DNA of 20,626 nucleotides, taken from Okeania sp. Its GTDB lineage: Bacteria > Cyanobacteriota > Cyanobacteriia > Cyanobacteriales > Microcoleaceae. Within the stretch, counting starts at the first letter, position 1. Every line of letters begins with the position of its first letter. Position numbers and translations under genes: made by a program. The stretch covers positions 1 to 20,626 of the forward strand of contig NZ_JAYKGW010000220.1 of NCBI RefSeq assembly GCF_035285525.1. Direction: 5' to 3'. The notes under the pieces were generated by a model. That model did not search any database, was not told where the DNA came from, and worked only from the letters and a program-made list of their open reading frames with translations. Shown here in pieces: positions 1 to 6,443 of the stretch.

Positions 1-123
1 CACTTGTTAAACCCGCCCCTACTGTTTCAATATAATTCTAGGGGCGATAAATGTGGAGAGGGCGGGTTTAGTTAACTTGATGTGAAACTCCTTAACTCAC
101 TTGTTAAACCCGCCCCTACTGTT
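1..123. repeat. Dispersed GC-rich hairpin repeat (GGGCGGG...CCCGCCC family), truncated by the window edge
   Basis: The 26-bp direct repeat cacttgttaaacccgcccctactgtt occurs at 1-26 and 98-123. An inverted repeat gggcgggttta (60-70) / taaacccgccc (105-115) encloses a loop containing ctcctta (taaggag on the other strand). The reverse complement of the loop aligns with the loop of the repeats at 11357-11512. Confidence 0.7.
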
Positions 124-157
124 GCAATGGATAATCAATAATTAATCTATTAAAAAT

Positions 158-442
158 ATGATTTCTAAAGATACTTTATTTGCTCTTTCATTATTTCCTT
201 ATTTAGGTTTTCTTTGGTTTCTAACACGTTCTGGAAAAGTACCTCGTTTAGCTTTAATTGGATTTTATGGCACTTTAGTATTTGTAGGTGTAACTATTCC
301 AGCAGGAATTTATGCTAAACAAGTTTATAGTGAAGCTTTAGCAAATATTGATTGGTTACATGGCAGTGCTGAAGTATTTTTAACACTATCTAATATTTTA
401 GTAGTTTTAGGCTTTAGGGAAGCTGTTTTGAAGAAGGAATAA
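158..442 (+). CDS. Small conserved integral membrane protein (about 3 TM segments); possibly the cyanobacterial/plastid DUF3593-type family (family name from memory, unverified)
   Basis: 94-aa ORF with hydrophobic stretches LFALSLFPYLGFLWFL, LALIGFYGTLVFVGVTIPAGI and VFLTLSNILVVLGF. It has an ATG start, and a hairpin follows downstream at 487-511. Confidence 0.6.
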   Translation: MISKDTLFALSLFPYLGFLWFLTRSGKVPRLALIGFYGTLVFVGVTIPAGIYAKQVYSEALANIDWLHGSAEVFLTLSNILVVLGFREAVLKKE

Positions 443-486
443 GAAAGAAAGAAGGAGGAAGCAAGATTTGTAGAAGTGTAATAAAT

Positions 487-511
487 GTTGGGTTTCATTC
501 TTCAACCCAAC
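487..511 (+). terminator. REP-like hairpin GTTGGGTT-N9-AACCCAAC; possible terminator or stabiliser after 158-442
   Basis: Perfect 8-bp stem (487-494 / 504-511) with a 9-nt loop, 45 nt after the stop codon. The motif ATGTTGGGTTTC...AACCCAACCTAC is a widely dispersed cyanobacterial repeat as I remember it. There is no strong U-tract, so terminator function is uncertain. Confidence 0.35.
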
Positions 512-598
512 CTACACCTATTTAAGATATTTATATAACTGCTACTTTCAAATATTTTTTATTATTAATTATGTAAATAATCAACAAATAAAAAGTTT

Positions 599-1366
599 AT
601 GAACTCCCAAAATTATCGTCTAATTACTATTCCTGTCAGTCATTATTGTGAAAAAGTTCGTTGGGCATTAGATAGACTAAAAATCACTTACACTGAAGAA
701 CCTCATATTCCTTTATTTCATCGACTTGCTACTTTCAAATATGATAGTATTAGTGTTCCGGTTTTGGCTACAGAAAATCATGGTATTTTTGTTGATTCAA
801 CTGATATTTTGCATTATTTGAGTGCCATAGCACCACCAGATAAAAAATTATATCCAGATATTCCAGAATTACGGAAGGAAGTTGAAGAATTAGAAGATTT
901 ATTTGATGAAAAATTAGGTGTTGCTGTGAGAAATTGAGTATATTTTTATAAGGTAAAAGATCGTCGAGTTATGGGTAGGGGTTGCTGTAAAAATACTCCT
1001 TGGTTTGAACAGATTGGATTTACAATTCTTTTTCCTTTTATTTCCTATTTATTGCAGAAAAAATTTCAGTTAACAGCCGAAAATTCAGCAAAATCTCTGG
1101 CAGAAATTAAGAAAGTTTTTGACTTTGTTAGTGAACGATTATCTGAAGGTCGTTATTATTTAGTAGGAGATAATTTTTCGGCAGCAGATTTAACTTTTGC
1201 AGCTCTATCGGCTCTTATTTTAATGCCCCCAGAACATTTTATTAAACCTCAACCATTGTCACAACTTCCATCGGAAATGGTAACAGTAATTAAAGAGTTA
1301 CGAGCAACTCCCGCTGGAAATTATGGTCTGGGTTTATATCGAGAAAAACGTTATTTGAGTTATTAG
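599..1366 (+). pseudogene. Glutathione S-transferase-like gene interrupted by a single in-frame TGA (935-937)
   Basis: ORFs 599-937 and 971-1366 are in the same frame (both coordinates = 2 mod 3). The sequence reads through as ...GVAVRN*VYFYKVKDRRVMGRG... The N-terminal part is a thioredoxin-like GST_N domain (ITIPVSHYCEKVRWALD, SVPVL). The C-terminal part is a helical GST_C domain (YLVGDNFSAADLTFAALSA). The stop sits where GST-like proteins usually carry a Trp (TGG to TGA is one transition). Confidence 0.7.
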
Positions 1367-1381
1367 ATTTCTAGAAAAAAG

Positions 1382-1807
1382 ATGGAAGAATCATTTATTC
1401 AAGCTGCGGGGAGGCATTTACATGATGCAGAAATTTTACTGGTTCAAAATCGTTGGGATAATGCTGTTTATTTGGCAGGTTATGTAGTAGAATGCACTTT
1501 TAAAGTTCTAGTAGAGGAATATATTAATAATGAAGCTTGTAAAAAATTCGGTCACGATTTAACAGAACTTCAAGGTCAAAATATTGAAAGGTTACGGATA
1601 ATTTATCCCATTATTGATTCTAAATTGCCAATTTCCCGGACAAACGGAACTGTTTTAGTCAACTATCATCCACAGCGACGTTATTTTCAGTCTGGTTTGT
1701 GGAATGAAAAAAAGGCAAAAGAGGCAGTTCAACGAGCAGCAGAAATCTATAACGAAATTATTCCCAGATTAATTTTGGATGGTAGGATATCTAGTGAGGA
1801 ACTTTAA
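1382..1807 (+). CDS. Small all-helical HEPN-like domain protein (first gene of the three-gene operon)
   Basis: 141-aa ORF. The N-terminal pattern A..HL.DAE.LL....W.NAVYLAGY.VEC.FKVL, the central GHDL..L motif and the later RRY...........A......A motif resemble the classical HEPN (PF05168-type) four-helix layout. A canonical Rx4-6H motif is not visible (the sequence reads KKFGH). The stop TAA (1805-1807) directly abuts the next ATG (1808). Confidence 0.5.
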   Translation: MEESFIQAAGRHLHDAEILLVQNRWDNAVYLAGYVVECTFKVLVEEYINNEACKKFGHDLTELQGQNIERLRIIYPIIDSKLPISRTNGTVLVNYHPQRRYFQSGLWNEKKAKEAVQRAAEIYNEIIPRLILDGRISSEEL

Positions 1808-3166
1808 ATGATTAACATAACTTTCGGTGAAACATTTGACAAAGTACAAGAATGTTTTGAGGAATCTTCTATAAAAGACCAACTAGAATCAATAACTATC
1901 ATTCGGGATGTTAAGGGAAAAATTCGGCTTTTTCTGGAACCTCTGGAAAATAGCAATCTGGAAAAGGATATCTTAGACAACCTGAAAAAATCTCTCGACC
2001 AAAAACTGGGTCCATACTATGGTCAAGATATTTGGTTACCACAAGGCGAAAAAGATGGTTATAAAAATTTAATAGATGTCATTCGCGAAGAAAGAGTTCT
2101 CGCAGAATGGGATGATGAAAGTCAACCTCGTTGGTATGTGTTAGAACGTCATGTAGCTAAACAAGCATGGACAAATCAAAAAGAAGTTGAGCTTCCTTGG
2201 CCTCAAGAAGTAGTAGATGAAGGTCATAAACCAGCAATAGTTTCATTTTTTTCCTTCAAAGGTGGAGTTGGTCGCACTACAACATTAGTAGCAACAGCTC
2301 TGACATTAGCTCGTCACGGTCATCGAGTAGCTATAGTCGATTTAGATTTAGAGTCTCCTGGTATATCAACTATTTTTTTCCCAGATACAGAGGCGAGTTT
2401 TCCAGGGGCGATCGATTATTTGCTAGAGAAAAATATCCAAGGTGAAAATTGGAAACTCAGCGCTCATTTGCAGTTAGTTAACGATCCAATATTGTTAGGA
2501 GATGTAGAAAAAAGTTTGCCTATATTGGGTGCAGGAAATGTAGATAATAACTATCTGGAAAAGTTAGCAAGACTTGATTGCCAGAATATACTTGATTTCA
2601 ATAACCCACTGTTAAAAACATGGCATGATATGTTCAAAGAACTAAATGCAGCAGCAAGAAAACTAGATTTTATTTTACTGGATACCAGAACAGGGTTTCA
2701 CGATATTGGTGGGTTGGCGATCGCTGACTTATCCCATGCAGCAGTCATTTTTGGCACTCAATCTCGTCAAAGTTGGAAAGGTTTAACTCATGTTATTCGT
2801 CGTTTAGCAAGACCTTTAGCTCCTGAACCGCTGCCAGTGTTACTCATCCATGCTCTAGCTCCGGGATTAGGTGTACCAGGGAGAGAACAGGAACTGCAAG
2901 ATTTTCGAGAGCAAGCTTATACTATTTTTCAAGATAATTACTATAGCGAAAATGTTCCTAACTCCACCGACAAAGATGCTAGTTTTTACCCAATAGTTAT
3001 AGACTGGCAAAGTGAATTGCGTAGAGAAATAACTTTATTTCAGCGAGATTATACTCCGGAGGAAGATAGTCGTTTGTGGGGTATTATTGATGTTTTAACA
3101 GGCAAATCTTACCAACAGCTTGCTGAAAAAATTTGTAGTATTTTTAAGCGTAAATTAAACAAATAA
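1808..3166 (+). CDS. ParA/MinD-fold (SIMIBI) ATPase with variant Walker A KGGVGR-TT and a roughly 150-aa N-terminal extension
   Basis: The deviant Walker A reads SFFSFKGGVGRTTT (K151 at 2258-2260, R156 at 2273-2275), where ParA/MinD proteins have KGGxGK[ST]. The switch region is VAIVDLDLESPG and the Walker B-like motif is DFILLDTRTG. Start is ATG with translational coupling to the upstream ORF. Confidence 0.8.
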   Translation: MINITFGETFDKVQECFEESSIKDQLESITIIRDVKGKIRLFLEPLENSNLEKDILDNLKKSLDQKLGPYYGQDIWLPQGEKDGYKNLIDVIREERVLAEWDDESQPRWYVLERHVAKQAWTNQKEVELPWPQEVVDEGHKPAIVSFFSFKGGVGRTTTLVATALTLARHGHRVAIVDLDLESPGISTIFFPDTEASFPGAIDYLLEKNIQGENWKLSAHLQLVNDPILLGDVEKSLPILGAGNVDNNYLEKLARLDCQNILDFNNPLLKTWHDMFKELNAAARKLDFILLDTRTGFHDIGGLAIADLSHAAVIFGTQSRQSWKGLTHVIRRLARPLAPEPLPVLLIHALAPGLGVPGREQELQDFREQAYTIFQDNYYSENVPNSTDKDASFYPIVIDWQSELRREITLFQRDYTPEEDSRLWGIIDVLTGKSYQQLAEKICSIFKRKLNK

Positions 3167-3180
3167 AATTAGATAGAAAA

Positions 3181-4689
3181 ATGACTAACTTTGATAAAAA
3201 AAAGCTATTAGAAATTATGGCTAATGTTGCACCAGGAAGAGGTGTAGCGGAACATGAAAGTGACAATGAAAATGTATTCCTAAAAAACTTTTTACCTGTA
3301 GCTCGCTACCGTAAGGCATTAGACACTGACACATTTTTAATATTAGGTGGTAGAGGTGTTGGTAAAACAGAATTTTTTCGTTTACTAGCAAATTCTTCTG
3401 GTCGGAAAGCTTTAGTAAAAAACTTAAACATTAAATATTTTCCCCCTTTAGAAACAACAATCTGGATTGCTGGATATGGTCGTACTAAGACTAGGGAAAA
3501 AAAATTTCCTGCACCAGAAACAACAGAACACTATATGAAAGGTAAGGATAGAATTGATTGGCGCATTTTCTGGATTGGATTAATATTAGGAGTAATATTT
3601 CAGCAAGAAAAAGAATTATCAAATTATAATTGGGTTGAGGAAGTACCAGAGGAAATTCGCGATAGTTTAACGAACAAATTATCATTACTTTCCCACTGGT
3701 TTCCAGATGCTAGCCAGAACTTTGAAAATATCAACTATGCTTTGGATAAATTAGATGAAGAATTATTGGCAAGCGATCGTTGGTTATTTATCACTTATGA
3801 TGAGCTAGATCGAATTGTTCCTTCTTATTTAGAACTTGCCGCTCCCATTGCCGAACTATTAGCATTTTGGCTAGATAGATGGCGTCGTTGGGAACGAATT
3901 AGACCTAAAATATTTCTACGCACAGATTTATTTCAACAGGAATTTTTAGGATTTCCAGATGCTTCTAAACTCAGAGGACATCAAATTAGTTTAGAGTGGG
4001 AAACTTCATGGTTATATCAAGTATTTGTTAAGCGTTTAGCTAACTCTGGAGAAGAAATGAATGATTATTTACAAATAGTTCCTGGTTTAATTCCATCAAA
4101 AAAAGATAAAATATTAGGTATATTGCCAGCATCAGATGAGTCTCGTTTTGAATTATTAATGGAAAAAATAGTCGGGGAATATATGGGAAATAATCATCGA
4201 AAAGGTTACACTTATAATTGGGTTCCTAATCACCTTCAAGATGCCAAAGGAAGAATTGCTCCACGTTCTTTTTTAAAACTATTTTCCTTAGCAGCAGAAC
4301 GTAGATTAGAAAAATTTGAGGAAAAAGATTTACCAGAAAATCGCTTATTATTACCTTCTGATTTACAAGGAGCTTTAATGGATACTTCTCAAGATAGAAT
4401 CAAAGAACTTACAGAGGAAGAATATCCCTGGTTAGAAGCTTTTAAAAAAAGTCTTAAAAATCTCAACCTTTTAACTGAAGAGGAAAAATTTCTCAACATA
4501 CTGAAAAACACAAAATGGGATAAAGAACCCCCTAGCAAAAAACCAGAAGAAATTTTAAAATACTTAGAACAATTAGGTATTGTAGAAATTCGTAGCTCAG
4601 ATCGGCGAATTAATATGCCAGATATTTATAGATATGGTTTTGAAGTTAAACGCAAAGGTGGAATTAAACGTCCGAAAAAAAACAATTAA
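3181..4689 (+). CDS. P-loop NTPase of uncharacterised family (possibly the 'Sll1717-family P-loop ATPase'; family name from memory, unverified)
   Basis: Walker A is FLILGGRGVGKTEF (K62 at 3364-3366) and Walker B is WLFITYDELDRI. A long helical C-terminal region ends in a possible winged-helix-like segment, ILKYLEQLGIVEIR, and a basic tail, KRKGGIKRPKKNN. The gene sits 14 nt after the previous stop. Confidence 0.75.
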   Translation: MTNFDKKKLLEIMANVAPGRGVAEHESDNENVFLKNFLPVARYRKALDTDTFLILGGRGVGKTEFFRLLANSSGRKALVKNLNIKYFPPLETTIWIAGYGRTKTREKKFPAPETTEHYMKGKDRIDWRIFWIGLILGVIFQQEKELSNYNWVEEVPEEIRDSLTNKLSLLSHWFPDASQNFENINYALDKLDEELLASDRWLFITYDELDRIVPSYLELAAPIAELLAFWLDRWRRWERIRPKIFLRTDLFQQEFLGFPDASKLRGHQISLEWETSWLYQVFVKRLANSGEEMNDYLQIVPGLIPSKKDKILGILPASDESRFELLMEKIVGEYMGNNHRKGYTYNWVPNHLQDAKGRIAPRSFLKLFSLAAERRLEKFEEKDLPENRLLLPSDLQGALMDTSQDRIKELTEEEYPWLEAFKKSLKNLNLLTEEEKFLNILKNTKWDKEPPSKKPEEILKYLEQLGIVEIRSSDRRINMPDIYRYGFEVKRKGGIKRPKKNN

Positions 4690-4724
4690 AATAACACAAT
4701 TATTTTTTAACGAGATATTTGATT

Positions 4725-4978
4725 ATGTCTAAGGATACAATTAACAATTTAATTACTGAAATTCTGAATAATTTAGAGAGAATGAGTAGGCATTTTGATG
4801 CTTCAATGGTAAAGGTATTCCTGATGATAAAAAACAATAGAGATTTCAACCCTTAACCACTACTTCTAAAAAAGCTAAAGGCAGTGGTTTAGGATTGTAT
4901 ATTATTCGTAGAACTTTAATTAAAATGGAAGGTCATATTCGAGAAACGGGAGAAAATGGTGTAAGATTTGAAATCTAA
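4725..4978 (+). pseudogene. Decayed fragment of a histidine-kinase-type ATPase (HATPase_c) domain
   Basis: The frame from 4805 reads NGKGIPDDKKQ*RFQPLTTTSKKAKGSGLGLYIIRRTLIKMEGHIRETGENGVRFEI*. This covers the G1, F and G2 boxes (DNGxGI / FxPFxTTK / GxGLGL), with in-frame stops at 4838-4840 and 4976-4978. An N-box-like piece, LITEILNNL, lies upstream in a different frame (from 4725), so there is a frameshift as well as the nonsense codons. Confidence 0.6.
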
Positions 4979-5043
4979 ATTCCTGATGGCGATCGCTAAT
5001 CAAGATTTAATCAAAATTAAATAATAACAGGATTAACTATATT

Positions 5044-5235
5044 GGAGCCAGTTTGGCAAAATATATTAAAGTCCGGATTGAAAGTTTAGAAGTCAAGGAA
5101 GTTTGTATTATTGATGTTAAAAGTTCCCTCAAAAAGGCATTTCTTAAAAGCGACAAAGGTTGAGAATTTTATATTAGAGCCGCAAACTCTTCCAGAAGAT
5201 TAACTATCCCAGAAATTTACGATCATTTTTCTTGA
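5044..5235 (+). pseudogene. C-terminal fragment of an AlbA_2/Schlafen-like (divergent AAA) DNA-binding domain, with an in-frame stop
   Basis: The frame from 5044 reads GASLAKYIKVRIESLEVKEVCIIDVKSSLKKAFLKSDKG*EFYIRAANSSRRLTIPEIYDHFS*. The pattern V..I.V..S..P........FYIR.G.S...L...E is typical of the end of the AlbA_2 domain. There is a TGA at 5161-5163. No start codon or N-terminal part is present. Confidence 0.4.
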
Positions 5236-5539
5236 TTTAGACTAAACAAATGATTATTCATTTTAAGTGCATAAGCCAAATTAATTACACATTCTGTTAA
5301 CTCCCTGTTATCTCTTTCCTAAGTAAATATTTAATTTTTCTACTGATTTAACTCTAGTTGTACTGAAGATATTTATTGTGAAGATATTACAGCCTACAAT
5401 TTAAGTCAATGATAACTAAGAAAATAATTTTTTTATATAAATTCAACTTATTGGCTTTAAATTTGATAGAGATAATTGTAGTACCACTTCCGGTTGAGCT
5501 AGGTTGATTAAAAAAAAAATAATTTGAGAAGGAATCAAA

Positions 5540-6415
5540 ATGAGATTTTCTAGAATATGGATGACAATGCTAAGTTTGCTGGTGCTATTGCCAATGGGAT
5601 GTACATTTGAGTCAAATCAGACTAGCAATATTTCCTCTACAGGTTCTGAATCTTCTCAAGAAAAACAAACCATTAAAATAGGAGGAGCTGGTACACCTTA
5701 TCCAGCTATGAAACTATTAGCATCTGCATATCAGAAACAGACAAGTGGTACTAAAATAGACTTTATCGAATCTAGTCAGACTGGAGGGGGTATTGCGGGT
5801 GTCAAAGTAGGTTTGATTGAAATGGGTACTGTTACTCGACCCCCCAAACCTAAAGAAACTGCCGATCAACTGACATATCGTGAATTTGCCAAAGATGCTC
5901 TCTTAGTAGCGACTCACTCTAGCGTGGAAGGCGTTAAGAATTTAACAACTGAAGATTTACGCGCAATTTATAGTGGCCAAATTACTAATTGGCAAGAATT
6001 TGGGGGACCTGATGCGACAATAGTTGTCTTAGATAGACCCGAAGATGAATCTGGCAAAAAGTTATTACGAAAGTATTATTTAGGTTCCGACTTAGAAAAT
6101 TCACCGGATGCTATAGTGTTGCGTAGGGAAGCAGATTTAATTGATGCTATTCAGACTACACCCTACAGTATAGGTGCATTTTCCCTGGGTGAGACGATTA
6201 GTAATAATTTGCAAGTAAACCGTCTGAGTCTGAATGGAGTTGCACCAACTCCAGAGAATTTGCAATCTGGAAAATATACTATGGTCAGAAGTTTAGGTAT
6301 TGTCTGGTATGATGACCCTAACCCAGCAACCCAAGCATTCATTGACTTTATTTACGGGAAAACTGGGGCTGATGTTTTACAACAAGCCGGCTTTGTACCT
6401 ACTAAACTAGAATAA
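5540..6415 (+). CDS. PstS-family (PBP_like_2) periplasmic substrate-binding lipoprotein
   Basis: The signal peptide carries a lipobox LLPMG-C21. IKIGGAGTPYPAMKLLASAY...SSQTGGGIAGV matches the anion-binding N-lobe pattern of PstS/SphX-type proteins (GSGT...GSGxG). No pstCAB genes are nearby. Confidence 0.75.
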   Translation: MRFSRIWMTMLSLLVLLPMGCTFESNQTSNISSTGSESSQEKQTIKIGGAGTPYPAMKLLASAYQKQTSGTKIDFIESSQTGGGIAGVKVGLIEMGTVTRPPKPKETADQLTYREFAKDALLVATHSSVEGVKNLTTEDLRAIYSGQITNWQEFGGPDATIVVLDRPEDESGKKLLRKYYLGSDLENSPDAIVLRREADLIDAIQTTPYSIGAFSLGETISNNLQVNRLSLNGVAPTPENLQSGKYTMVRSLGIVWYDDPNPATQAFIDFIYGKTGADVLQQAGFVPTKLE

Positions 6416-6443
6416 ATCGTTTTCCTTAATTTCAAGCTTATCT

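Noticed and set aside
971-1366. ORF-track entry treated as an independent 131-aa gene starting at ATG 971
   Set aside because: It is in the same frame as 599-937, and the sequence between the TGA and this ATG (VYFYKVKDRRV) continues the GST fold. It is better explained as the C-terminal half of one interrupted GST gene.
1808-3166. Interpreting the ParA/MinD-fold gene as a chromosome or plasmid partition ATPase
   Set aside because: There is no parB-like gene, centromere repeat or replication gene nearby. The protein has a roughly 150-aa N-terminal extension and an Arg-substituted Walker A, and it is translationally coupled to a HEPN-like gene. A partition role is not supported.
3491-3685. 64-aa minus-strand ORF inside the P-loop NTPase gene
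   Set aside because: It is antisense to a well-supported CDS, has a low-complexity hydrophobic translation typical of AT-rich antisense frames, and has no independent signals.
5540-6415. Calling the binding protein the canonical high-affinity phosphate transporter subunit pstS
   Set aside because: No pstC, pstA, pstB or phoU genes are adjacent, and the gene is coupled to a histidine kinase instead. Only family-level assignment is justified, so no gene symbol is given.
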